60,183 bases of DNA, filler included, from Squatina squatina (GCA_031763465.1; 3 parts of 3 records of this genome joined end to end with filler, not necessarily neighbours in it); one strand, 5' to 3'. Positions 24,729 to 36,679 are shown, counted from the first letter of the whole stretch. Notes: generated from the letters alone by a model not told the origin. Numbers and translations: made by a program.

Positions 24729-24968
24729 CCAACAGCCCTCCGAGATCTCTGCGCTCCTCTGATTCTGCCCTCTTGAGCATCCCCGGTTTTAATCGCTCCA
24801 CCATTGGTAGCCATGCATTCAGCTGCCTGGGCCCTAAGCTATGGAATTTCCTCCCTGAACCTCTCCACCTCTCTACCTCTCTTTCCTCCTTTTAGACTGT
24901 CCTAATAAATGAATGAATTAGTATNNNNNNNNNNNNNNNNNNNNNNNNNNNNNNNNNNNNNNNNNNNN

Positions 24969-24980
24969 TTAATTAATTAA
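24969..24980. other. Artificial scaffold linker TTAATTAATTAA
   Basis: Palindromic 12-mer with stops in all six frames, centred between 44 N and 44 N (100 positions in total). Confidence 0.95.
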
Positions 24981-25024
24981 NNNNNNNNNNNNNNNNNNNN
25001 NNNNNNNNNNNNNNNNNNNNNNNN

Positions 25025-25500
25025 CAGACCAGTACAGCATAGAAGGAGGCCGGTTGGCCCACGGAGACTGTGCGGCTCTTTCGACAACCAATCCAGTTTG
25101 TCCCATTCCCCTCTGTCCCCATATCCCTGCAATTTTCTCCCATTCAAGTATTTATCCAATTCCCTTTTGAAGGCTACCATTGAATCTGTATCCACCACCC
25201 TATCAGGCAGTGCACTCCAAATCCCAACCACTTGTTGCGTAAAATGCTTTTTCCTCATGTCACCCCCGATTCTTTTGCCAATTGTCTTAAATCTGTGCCC
25301 TTTAGTTATCAACCCTTCAGCCATTGGAAATAGTTTCTCTTTATTTACCTTATCTAAACTCTTCATGATTTTAAATACCTCTATCAAATCTCCTTTTTAG
25401 CCTTCTCTGTTGTAAGGGGAACAACTCCAACTTCTCCAGTCTATCCATGCAAGTGTAGTCCCTCATCTCTGGAACCATTCTGGTAAATCTCTTGTGTAGC
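25025..25500 (-). mobile_element. CR1 LINE 3' end
   Basis: IEVFKIMKSLDKVNKEKLFPMAEGLITKGHRFK...FTQQVVGIWSALP. Confidence 0.85.
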
Positions 25501-27082
25501 CCCTCATTTTACTCAATTTACCCATTTAATAAATCAACCATTACCTTTTTATCCATGACTGTATCAACTGTCTTTAATGGATCTGCATCTCCCTTAGCCA
25601 TTCTGTCAATATATTTAGAAAAACTTTTCCTAATTAACTCAATCACCAAGAACCATAAGCAAAATAGGTTTAGCGGAGTGATTATTTCCTGAATACAAGG
25701 TGCCTGTCACCATTTTTCTTCCAGAAATGATCTTTATTTTCTGTCCTGAGCTAGTGCCACTGTTAATTTGTGTACTGTTTTTTAAAAATAAAAATGTATG
25801 TCGGAGCAGAAGTGAGAATATAGTAATGAAAAACTCATGGAAAATTATTTGACCCTTATTTGGGCATGGTGTACATTTATAAGACCAGTCATACAAAGAT
25901 ATTCCCATGTAGATGAGTAGTCACATTGCAATACCATTTCTCCTTTACTCATACTGCTGAGACATTTTTGGTATATAACTATTATGGAATGTAATTTAGA
26001 AAGTATCATATGATCATGACTTTTTCAACAACAAAAAAACATGTCATGATGTATCTTTGGGTGGGAGATTGAGTTATTCGTTTTTGGGACAGACTAAAGG
26101 GCCTGCATTCTTTTAGAAATATGGGAACCTAAGAAAAGGAGTAGGCCATCTAGCCCCTCAAGCCAGTTCTGCTATTCAATGAGATGATGGCTGATCTGTG
26201 ACTGAACTCCATATACCCGCCTTTGGCCCATATCCCTTAATATCTTTGGTTAACAAAAATCTATCAATCTCAGATCTAAAATTAACAATTGATCTCGCAT
26301 CAATTGNNNNNNNNNNGAAGAGAGTTCCAATCTTCTACCACCCTTTGTGTGAGAAGTATTTCCTAATTTCATTCCTGAAAGGCCTGGCTCTAATTGGACT
26401 TCCCAACCAGCAGAAATTGTTTCTCTCTATCTCCCCTATCTGTTGCCCCTTAATATCATGAAAACTTTGATCAAATCACCCATTAACCTTCTAAATTCTA
26501 GGAAATACAACCCCAGTTGTGTAACCTCTCCTCATAATTTATCACTTGCGGGGTGAAATTCGGCACTTTTGAAAAGCAAGTTAATGTCTACTTAAGGCGT
26601 TAATAGGGCGCTAATCATTCTTAAGGCATTAAATCACCATTTATCGCATCCTCCCACAAAATTCAGTCCCCAAAAACTATAGGCGCTAAAGTTTTGCGCC
26701 TCCGCGACCAGGCGAGACTATATTTGTGCCTCCTATGACATCATCAGTGTGTGCANNNNNNNNNNNNNNNNNNNNNNNNNNNNNNNNNNNNNNNNNNNNN
26801 NNNNNNNNNNNNNNNNNNNNNNNNNNNNNNNNNNNNNNNNNNNNNNNNNNNNNNNCTGCCTTATGGTTTTGCAGTTTAAAATTGAGCTCATACAAAATAA
26901 AGTGGGGTTTCAAAACCCTTACATTAAACCCCATCAAAACAAACTCTGAAATTCATCTCACGGTGTGGTACAGCTACCGTACACAATGGTTTATTCAAAT
27001 TGTGAGAATGGCATTCACAAGTCAAGCATAAGTTGGGTGTTTGGTTTCACTCAAACTGAATATGAAAAGAAATTCTGCTCAC

Positions 27083-27173
27083 CTACACTTTCTGCACCTG
27101 TAGATAGCTTCATTTGTTTTCCCTAGACTCATGGGATCCAATGCAAATAACTCCCGAGGTAAATTCTGCAGCT
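27083..27173 (-). CDS. DUSP12: DUSP12 exon starting the C-terminal zinc-binding domain
   Basis: ttttatacag|AG...TGTAG|gtgagc; 91 bp, (E)LQNLPRELFALDPMSLGKTNEAIYRCRKC(R); phase-compatible with the upstream exon; CxxC present. Confidence 0.92.
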
Positions 27174-27649
27174 CTGTATAAAAAAAAGAGGACTTGCAAA
27201 CAAATTACAGTTAAGATAGTAATAGGCAGTCAGTTAGTTTAAAAACACATGGACTTCACAGCAGTTATAGTAAAGACTACTAAAATATAGTTTCTTGTAC
27301 ACAGGAATCAAAAGCACAGTAAGCTTGCAGTAGCACATATATTCTCTATTAGAAACATAAAAGATAGGATCAGGAGTAGGCCATTCGGCCCTTCGAGCNN
27401 NNNNNNNNNNNNNNNNNNNNNNNNNNNNNNNNNNNNNNNNNNNNNNNNNNNNNNNNNNNNNNNNNNNNNNNNNNNNNNNNNNNNNNNNNNNNNNNNNNCA
27501 TTCTGAAAAGGACCTGTTTATACCTACCCTTTGCTTCCTGTCTGCCAACCAGCTCTCTATCCACATCAATACATTTGAAAAGTCAAATACCCCTGAATAT
27601 TCAGTTTCCAAAGTGTCTGTTGACATTTTGAAGTGAAATAGATAGGATA

Positions 27650-27686
27650 GAAAGAGAAGGAAAGAGAGAGAGAGAGAGAGAGAGAC
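27650..27686. repeat. (GA)n microsatellite
   Basis: Directly visible; a TCTCTA/(TC)n tract is also present at about 10105-10140. Confidence 0.85.
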
Positions 27687-28163
27687 ACCAACAGATAAGA
27701 TAAGTCATGAGGGGAGCTAAACCTTGGGAACTTATTTGAAAATTTTTAAGAGTACGATATCCAGTAACTCAGACAGGTAATAGACCAAGCTGCGGTCTGT
27801 GAGTGAGAGTGCGTGTTCAAAAATGTTAAGACTTGATCAAGGGAATTAATAAGTAGGTGTAGATATAACTTTGTGCAAAATCATGGCCATAATGAAGAAA
27901 ACAATGAGCTAAATGTAAATTAAGTAGCAAAACTCTTCATGGTTAAGGATGGCTAGCTTGTAGACTGCTGCAACTTAATGAAGTAAATGCTGACAGTTGA
28001 AATATTCAAAAATGCAAGAGACCAATTCCTTAATTAGCAACTACAGCAAGACAGGTTTGGGGTAGGAGATGTAAAATAGCCAATGTGACACATCCAAATT
28101 ATGGGATGTCATGAATGGCCTTTTCTTGCTTTTGCCAGCAACCAGCCAGTAGTAACAGATTAC

Positions 28164-28282
28164 CTGGGTACTTCTCGGTAACTTTCTGCAGTCGATATTG
28201 TTTGTAATCAGCACTTGTTAAATCTACTTCACAGCCCATCACTTCATACAGCTTCAGCTGCTTCACAAACTCATCATTTATC
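28164..28282 (-). CDS. DUSP12: Next DUSP12 exon
   Basis: ttgtag|G...CCAG|gtaatc; 119 bp, INDEFVKQLKLYEVMGCEVDLTSADYKQYRLQKVTEKYP; phase joins the previous exon (AA+G = K); YKQYRLQKVTEKYP is characteristic of DUSP12. Confidence 0.93.
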
Positions 28283-28494
28283 CTACAACACAGAAAATAG
28301 AAACTTTTTAGAAGTTTTCCCATTAAAACTAGTTAAAATAGTGAAGTGGAAATATAAGAGTTACAACTTATATCATAAGAGTGTTTGGCATTTGCAGGGT
28401 ACGATGATTAAGTTAAATATGAATATGGCTTTCTGTACTGAAAATATCTGATTAGGTTAAAACATATGACTGGCAAGGTTCCTTATTATTATCG

Positions 28495-28760
28495 GCTGAC
28501 AGAATTAATGAAATGGTCTTTGTTAACGAAGTTTCGGACAGAAGATTAGTGAATAGAATGGTCCCTGTTAACGACGTTTTGGAACAGTCAGAATTAATGA
28601 ATAATGCAAACTGTTAACTGACAGGGTGTGGGGAGAGGAGTCGGTCGAAACCTGAAGCAATGAATAATGCAAACTGTTGACGACATTTTGGGACAGTCAT
28701 AATTAATGAAATGTGTAAAATAATTTGTGAATGACAGGATGTGAACTGATATAATGAAAT
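28495..28760. repeat. Degenerate ~40-50-bp tandem repeat in a DUSP12 intron
   Basis: Recurrent GAATTAATGAA, TGTTAACGA and TTTTGG.ACAGTCA motifs. Confidence 0.65.
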
Positions 28761-28937
28761 GNNNNNNNNNNNNNNNNNNNNNNNNNNNNNNNNNNNNNNN
28801 NNNNNNNNNNNNNNNNNNNNNNNNNNNNNNNNNNNNNNNNNNNNNNNNNNNNNNNNNNNNNGTAGGGAAGGCAGAGTGATGGGGATGTGATGAGTGGCAC
28901 AGCAGGATGAGGTTGAGTGTGGCTTTGCAGTAACATT

Positions 28938-29200
28938 TCATGACCTACTGAGATCATTGAAAACTTTGAACCACTGCAGCCAGCTCCTCCTGACGACACC
29001 CCTGCTTGTGCCCTCCTGTGCAATGTGCAACCAGGCTGCATTGGTGTCCTGGGGAGGTCTCTTCCACCCATTGGAAGGGAAGAGAACCTCCCTGCATGCT
29101 GTGACTCCCTCCAGAAGCATCTGAAGAGAGGCATGGGAGAGCCTGGGTTCAGCCGTGCACCTTTGTGCAGTGCTTGCCAGTATTTGCAGCACCTCAATGC
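28938..29200 (-). mobile_element. Decayed PIF/Harbinger Myb/SANT-like ORF
   Basis: PRLSHASLQMLLEGVTACREVLFP...AAWLHIAQEGTSRGVVRRSWLQWFKVFNDLSRS fits the trihelix pattern RF...L..LL..V..R..VLF...AW..IA...R.W.Q..K.FNDL; adjacent to GC-rich transposon-like sequence at 29260-29830. Confidence 0.7.
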
Positions 29201-29499
29201 TGCAGAACACTGACAGTACAACTGTCAAAATGAATGTGTCTGACGTCATCAGACCAACTTCCTTTTAATTGGCCGGGAACCTCGCAGGGCAGGCTGAATA
29301 AGCCCCATCAATGGAAGATTGTTCACCAGGAGTGACTTCGCCACCCGCCATATATCCCGGCCATTCAGGTCTTGTCACGGTTCGCGAGATATCAGCCTTT
29401 GAGTGTAACGCCACTGAGCTCGGCCTTTAAGACTTGATTTAGCGCCCCAATTATTTCTTTGAACAGTGAAAATGAATTTTGTGTGCAGTCTTAAGCTTT

Positions 29500-29830
29500 A
29501 GGGCTCGTAATTGGTCACTTAACGCGAGTGCTAAATGGGCGCAAAATGGGTGTTAAGGGTCTAATGCCCATTTTCGGTGCTAATTGCTATGACGCGAAAT
29601 TGGTCTCAGGTTAATGCTGGCGCTAAATCGGTACTAATGCGGGAACGCTGGAAACGCGGCGCTGGGTGTAAAATGGACTCAATGACGTTATCAGAGGACG
29701 CAGCACCCAAAATGGGCCACCCGCCGGTGAATTGGCCTGTTTTTCAGGTGTTAAACTGGTGGTGACGGCGCCCGTTATTTTGGGCGCTGACACCGGGACT
29801 GGAGGTATTTTTGGGCGCTATTTGAAGCAC
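29500..29830. mobile_element. GC-rich Harbinger-like subterminal sequence
   Basis: Starts GGGCTCGTAATTGG with repeated GGGCGC / AAATGGGC motifs, like other such elements in the window. Confidence 0.5.
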
Positions 29831-30293
29831 TATGAGGCCCTGACATTTTGATGGCAAAAATTGCCATTTTGACAGCTTATATTGCATTGGAGGCATTGTG
29901 TGGAACTTGGAAAGGCCATGAGGAAGATTGTTTCTTGCCTTTGCCTCATCAATTAACATTGCCAACAATTGGGCTATTCAGCCATGGGGGCTGCACTAGC
30001 TGCACCGACTCGACGTAAGGTAGAGGGATTGCCTCCTTTAGGGGCAGAGAGAGCTGAGGGCACACCAAGATGATGCCTGTGTGGGGGGAAGCCATTCAAA
30101 ACTCTCTATCATGTATAAAACTCAATCTCATCTTTAACTTGGAGAGAGATCCCGAGGAATGGAATTCTCCCCTGCATGTGGTGCACCGCATGCTTGTAAT
30201 AAAGATTCTTTCATGACCATCTTCTTGGACTCAGTGGTGATGTGTCCCATGACAATAGTGACATAGAATCAGAAGCAACTAAAAAATACTTAC

Positions 30294-30407
30294 TTGACAT
30301 CAGGTTTAACAGCCTGAAGTTTACTATATGCCTCTTCAAAGGCTACGCCATCGGTTTTCATAATAAAGGCAGTTACTACAGCAGCACTTCTACTGACTCC
30401 TGCATGA
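30294..30407 (-). CDS. DUSP12: DUSP12 exon carrying the phosphatase P-loop
   Basis: Not in the ORF track; read by hand. ctccaatatcag|T...GTCAA|gtaagt; 114 bp encoding (C)HAGVSRSAAVVTAFIMKTDGVAFEEAYSKLQAVKPDV(K), the C-x5-R catalytic motif (the Cys codon is split with the previous exon). Confidence 0.93.
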
Positions 30408-32213
30408 CTGATATTGGAGAAAAAAAAGTTTTACAATAAGTTTCAAATAGTTAATACAAATCAGTAAGCGAAAGGTGATATAAATATAAAATAATTCATT
30501 ACAGGTACCCCACCAGCCACGTGTGCACTTAGAAGGCTATGAACCCCTTCAGAGACGGCAAACCTAAAGACCACCAGAAGAACAGCTGGAAAATTAAAAT
30601 TCTCATCGCTGTTTTCTGATCCCTCCATGGCCTCACCCCTCCCTATCTCTGTGATCTCCCCCAGCTCTATATTCCCCCGAGACCCCTGCGCTCCACCTGT
30701 TTGAACATCCCCAATTTTAAATGCTCCACCAATGGCGGCCGTGCGTTCAGCTGCCCCGGTCCTAAGCTCTGGAATTCGCTCTTTTTTGGGAGCTGGCTGT
30801 GCGTAAATTGGCTGCCGCATTTTCTACGTTACNNNNNNNNNNNNNNNNNNNNNNNNNNNNNNNNNNNNNNNNNNNNNNNNNNNNNNNNNNNNNNNNNNNN
30901 NNNNNNNNNNNNNNNNNNNNNNNNNNNNNNNNATCATTTGTTTTTTTAAAGTAATCATGTACCTTCGCAAACTGGCATCTCATTTGTCCACTTCCCTGAA
31001 GCTGTACATTCAAGCTTGTCTATTCCATTCAAAATGAAGCCTTCCACACAGCCAAGGTCACACACTGAGTGGTAACTAAACTCTCCAATAGGATGGGAAC
31101 AGTTCATGATACCATCGTTCGGACTCTTCAATATGTTGCATTTTACAGCTGGAACAATGGAGATTTTATTATTAGTGGATTACATTTCTTCACTTACTGA
31201 GAATGCCAGCCATTAATACGGAAGGTCTATGTGCCATAATGTTGCCGTGATTATATCTTGCAGAGCTAGCAGCCAAACCCAATCAATGGACTTCACATTG
31301 ACTATCTAATTACTTTAATTAAAAGGAAAATATAAGAAGCCTGAACCAAATATTCTTGTTTCATTAAAATGAAAATTATTGGAGAAGTAACACCTTCTTC
31401 AATCAACACAAGTATTTTTGGAACAGGATAAAGCCATTAAACCCTAAAAGCTTGTCCATTTTTATACATCTGCCCAGCCTGCCTATGATCTCATTGTGTC
31501 ACTCAGTTTGTTCTTTCTTCAGAAATACATCTAATGTTCCCTTGAACCCATTTACTTCAGTGGCCTTCTGTGGTAGTTAACCCCACAACTATCACCCTTT
31601 GGGTCAAAATGTTCCACCTGATATTTCTCATTTTTAATTCCTGCCTCCTGGTATTTGAACTCTTCCCCATAGTAAACAATTTTCCCGGTCACCTTTGTGA
31701 ATTCCCTCCATAATCTTGAACATTTCAATTAAGTCATCTGGAATCTTTACCTTCCAAAGAAAACATACCATATTTCTGTATCTTTTCCTCTAACTTAAAT
31801 TCCTGATACCTTGAGTCATCTTTACTGTTTGTCCCAGTACTCTCTCGAGGGCAATAATATCCTGACTGAAGATAATTGCCTTAATTAGAATATTTTTAAA
31901 ACTTGAGATAAGAGTTAAAAGTAAATACTGTCCTTGCAATTTCCTATTTTATTTTCAGCAATTCTTCTCTCTTAATAAAATCCCAACTGCAACCTCCGCA
32001 ATTGTTCTATCAGTTGGGGTAATAGAATGGACTTCATCATACACGTCCCCAGCACTACCAATGCCATGTATGCCACCTTAAGGCTGATCAAAGAAAAAGA
32101 TCAAAGTAAAAGANNNNNNNNNNNNNNNNNNNNNNNNNNNNNNNNNNNNNNNNNNNNNNNNNNNNNNNNNNNNNNNNNNNNNNNNNNNNNNNNNNNNNNN
32201 NNNNNNNNNNNNN

Positions 32214-32326
32214 TGCAGTGGTTCAAGAAGGTGGCTCACCACCACCTTCTCAAGGGCAATTAGAGATGGATAATAACTGCTGGCCTTGCCAGCAACGCCC
32301 ACATCCCAGAACGAATAAAAAAAAAC
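32214..32326 (+). mobile_element. 3' end of a LINE/SINE family with poly-A tail
   Basis: TTCAAGAAGGTGGCTCACCACCACCTTCTCAAGGGCAATTAG...CACATCCC...AATAAAAAAAAA; a reverse copy lies at about 19452-19560. Confidence 0.7.
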
Positions 32327-32870
32327 TAATTCCTTCCCTTGATCTCAAAACTGAAATCTCTTAAGTTCTTCGCTCCCCTCAATGATTTACAGACTGTAAA
32401 ATGCAAGCTTGGCAACACATAACCACTACTTGTTGGTTTATCTCAGCATGTGACATGATGAAGTTCCACTCCAATGAGGCATTGGAATGTGGGCAGCACT
32501 CTTTATATGTGTTATCACCAGTAGACTGGGCCATGTACAAACATTCTCTGTTCCCAAGCCACCTTAAGATAGTATAAAATATGGTTGCTGAGAAATGGCA
32601 TAAAGTACCCCATTGCTCTTTATAACACTTAAATGTTCCCAAATTTGCAGCTGTATTAAAAGAAAAAAATAATTATATTGACATTTTTTCTCTCTAGAAA
32701 CAAAATATGTCTGTTGTATGAAGCAGAGTTGGGCTGAATTCTTTTTACCTTACAGATGGACCAATTTAATGAAGTATCCTTCATGCTAAGAACTAAGAAA
32801 AGCATGAGTTTCTGCAGACGGAATGATTTGTAGCGAGCCTAACTCTCAAATCCTTGTAAATGAATTACAG

Positions 32871-33152
32871 GTGATTGCGGCTGAAGCTGAGAAGGAGGCC
32901 TCAGAAGCCCTGAAAACTGCAGCGGACGTTCTGTCTGGATCTTCTGTTGCTGTCCAGCTGCGCTACCTCCACACACTGTGCGCACTCTCTGCTGAGAAAT
33001 CCTCGACCGTTATCTTACCCCTGCCTTTTGACCTCCTTAACGTGATGCCATCTGTTATCCAGAAATCTTTAGTAGCCACTGCTGCCGCTGAAACATGGAA
33101 AACGGCAGAGCCTCAGCAGCAGGAAACCAAGACTGACTCTCCAATGTTATAG
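32871..33152 (+). CDS. NPHS2: Last coding exon of podocin
   Basis: aattacag|GTG; VIAAEAEKEASEALKTAADVLSGSSVAVQLRYLHTLCALSAEKSSTVILPLPFDLL...KTDSPML*. Stomatin-family QLRYL motif plus the podocin C-terminus DSPML; lies next to SOAT1 as in mammals. Confidence 0.92.
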   Translation: MIAAEAEKEASEALKTAADVLSGSSVAVQLRYLHTLCALSAEKSSTVILPLPFDLLNVMPSVIQKSLVATAAAETWKTAEPQQQETKTDSPML

Positions 33153-33280
33153 TGATGGGGATGACTCAATTCTAGTTGACAAGAATTGTATACCATTTCT
33201 TTCTGCCAGATATATAGATACTTTTATCACCATACAGAAGTGCACAGCTAGCCATCAGTATTGTGGAAGAATCACCTGCA

Positions 33281-33286
33281 AATAAA
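33281..33286 (+). promoter_or_regulatory. Candidate polyadenylation signal of NPHS2
   Basis: AATAAA about 130 bp after the NPHS2 stop; use is unproven. Confidence 0.35.
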
Positions 33287-36200
33287 TTATGAGTCATGGC
33301 AACAAAATGCATGTATCAATATGTTATTGCAAATACTTTGTTTATGGAAGTTAACAAAAATCGGGGCTAGTACTTAGTGAAGTCAGGCAACATAAAGCAA
33401 TCTGTTTGCACTCCAAAAGGATGGAACATTAAGATGCAGATCCTTCACAACAGAATATTATCAAATCTCATCAATTAGAACACCTGACACATTTGTATAA
33501 GAGCAAGTTGTTCTTGTTACCATCATAAATGCTATGTCTGCTACAATATATAAATGTCTATAGGGAGACTGGGGTAAGGGTAAGCATTATTTTANNNNNN
33601 NNNNNNNNNNNNNNNNNNNNNNNNNNNNNNNNNNNNNNNNNNNNNNNNNNNNNNNNNNNNNNNNNNNNNNNNNNNNNNNNNNNNNNNNNNNNNNCATCGA
33701 CAGAGCTCACTCCCTTTCTCCCTCCACCAGCCCCTTTGGCCACAGTTGGTGCATCACCGGGGGAAATCAGGAAAGACAAGGGTGAAAAAATAATGAGAAA
33801 AAGAAGGGTTCATACCCTTATTAAGGAAATAAAAATAGGAATAGTGAAATAGTAACGGCCTCTGTAGAAATAACTTGTGTAACCTTAACTTGGGAGTCAC
33901 AATGTTAGCAGCTTATGCTTGTGTTTTATGTTGTTATATGAACTCTGACTAGATTACAACCAATTTAGATATCCACCTTCCTTTAATTTTCAGGTTTGAG
34001 TTTCTGATTGTATGCCAGCTTCAAAAACCAGTGCAGATATCAGTTGTGATTAAATTCTGCACTGCTGCAGCAGAAAGCTTGGGGGAAAAGGCATGATCCA
34101 AGTTTTTAGAAACCTACAAGGCATAGAGAGTGTGGATGCTTGCATAGTATTTGATTTGGACTGTGAGCACAGATCTACAGAGCATAAGTACAAATTTAAG
34201 AAATGAGAAGAGATTAGAAAATAAAATCCCTTTGAGACATGGGGATATGGAATTAACTTCTAGAAAAGCAGTTGATGCAGTGCTGATTAACTCTTTGAAG
34301 AAATGGCTGGATAAAAATATGGTTGACAATGGGATTGAATATTATAAGACAAGCACAGATTGAAATGATCAAATACTCCAGGAGGCTGATAGATGCTGCG
34401 CCAATGGAGTCAGACGAGGTGGGAGGAGAAGCTCTCGTCTGTGGATGGCAGCCAGTCAAGATTGAATAATGAAGGTAATGGCACTGGAGAGATATACTGG
34501 GGCATTGCTTGATTATTGTTGAGTATTAGGCAGTGTTTATGCAGAACTTTCTGTCAGGAAATTAAGTGATTGACGTAGTACCCATGAAAGGATGGATTAG
34601 TACACAGCTGTGGAAGGAATGGGTTTGATAGGAAGAATAGCCTTTTCACATTCACAGTTTCTTATGTTTATGCTGAAGGACTGTAGGAAGAGTGAAATCA
34701 AAAATCTCATACTATGCCCACAATTATAAAAGAATTAGATCAAAAGGATTAGGTCATTTAGGTGTGATGCAAGTTAGCTCAGGAATTGATCCAAAGAAGC
34801 CTATAATTAAAGAAACTCTCTCAGCCAGCAGTTAAAGTGAATGCAACTTGTCACTGTGGAAGTTACATTTAACGCACTTAGAAGTCTTCAGGGACTTGAA
34901 ACATCACTCAATATATTACTAATAACTGCTTTATTTAACTACAACTATAAAACTAGAGATAGCAACATTATAACAGTTCAGTAGTAGTAATCATCATTAG
35001 CAGGGTTCAACCCAAACATATTAATAGTAAATTTTTAAGATAACAGCATGTACTTGGCAGAATTCAGAATCCAAAAGAGGGTTAGTATGCTGTAGCTTTG
35101 TTTTACGAAAGATATAACCCCTTTCGTAAAACAAAGGTTGAAGAACATTGGGTGGAGCATGGAACAGTTTAGCAAGTTTTGATGATGTGCTGATTTCGGT
35201 TTCATCAATTTATCTTTTGTTGTCTTCTTGCTTGAGAATCATCTTCCTTTCTTCCCAAAATTTTTAACATTCCAAAGCCTTATGATTTATGTGAACAATA
35301 GTCAACCTTAAATAACTGAAGCTATTACAATGGAACATCACTGTAGACAATCAGACCAATAATAGCAAACATTATTGTCAATCATTTCAGGAGTTCAATC
35401 AGCTAGAAATGACATATCAGCAAAATTGTAGATGCCAAAATAATTAACATAATATTGTTGAAAGATTTTATTACACTGTGTTCTAGGCTTCAATACCCAT
35501 GGGGAATTAATCCCTCTTTTAGTTGTTTTTTCTCAGCTGGAGAAATGTTTGTGATTGTGAAATACTTACAAAATGAGCTTGGAAATTATGTCAGAGTTTA
35601 AATTAGCCTGAAGGACTTTTCTCCACAGTTGGGTGTTCTGGTGATCCAATCACTGCAACATCATTCANNNNNNNNNNNNNNNNNNNNNNNNNNNNNNNNN
35701 NNNNNNNNNNNNNNNNNNNNNNNNNNNNNNNNNNNNNNNNNNNNNNNNNNNNNNNNNNNNNNNNNNNGAATCCAGAACTTGGGGCATAGTCTTATAGAAT
35801 AAGGGGTCACCCATTTAAGACAGATAAGGAGGAATTTCTTCTTTCAGAGGTCGTGAATATTTGGAGTTCTTTACCCCAGAAAGCTGTGCAGGCGGAGTCA
35901 TTGAATATATTCAACTGAGATAGACAGAATTTTGAGCAACAGGGGAATCAAAGGTTATGGGGAACAGGCAGGAAAGTGGAGCTGAGGTCAGAATCAGATC
36001 AGCCATGATCTTATCGAATGGCGGAGCAGGCTCGAGGGGCCGAATGGCATACTCCTGCTCCTAGTTCTTATGGTCTTGTTCTTATAAGGGCAAGAGNNNN
36101 NNNNNNCATCTTTATAGTCCTGATTGCTGCCCACCTGACTCCTGCCAAAAAGTAAAGATGTGCAGACACCATGTGAGTTGTGGGGTAGCTGTGATGCCAC

Positions 36201-36512
36201 CAAAGTTAAATAATCTACTAAACTGTTTTCAAGGCTTACATATGAAGAATGGGCACTTGAATAGGATACTGTAGGGCTGTCAACACCTAACGCCGTGTCT
36301 CAGCTTGGGACATTGCCTCAAGAAAGGAGGGAGGAAAATTGGTCGAAAACAATGCAAGATGCAAAGATGCAAAGCATCCGAGTGCAATTTTAACCAGATA
36401 GGTAAGGTTGGGGTGTGAAGAAATACTTGAAGATTGAAAGTACTTTCTGTCCTTCTTCTGAAATCAGTGCCAACATCATATCCAACACATCCCACTGGGT
36501 GATAATACTTAC

Positions 36513-36679
36513 GCAATCACTTCAGAAAAATATTTGTGCCATTTCTTGAAGCCAGATAGAATCAGTTTTCGCTTTTCCAAACTTGAATTCTCTGCATCTT
36601 CCAGATTTTTACTAAACTTTGTCATCAGCTCTCTCCACTGCACAGTAATTTGCTGTAGTTTGGTCTGGTCTTCTGCATC
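36513..36679 (-). CDS. AXDND1: Probable internal exon of axonemal dynein light chain domain-containing 1
   Basis: Open frame DAEDQTKLQQITVQWRELMTKFSKNLEDAENSSLEKRKLILSGFKKWHKYFSEVI ending at a strong GC|gtaagt donor; coiled-coil character resembles a recalled AXDND1 segment; position and strand between SOAT1 and NPHS2 fit. Acceptor position uncertain. Confidence 0.6.
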
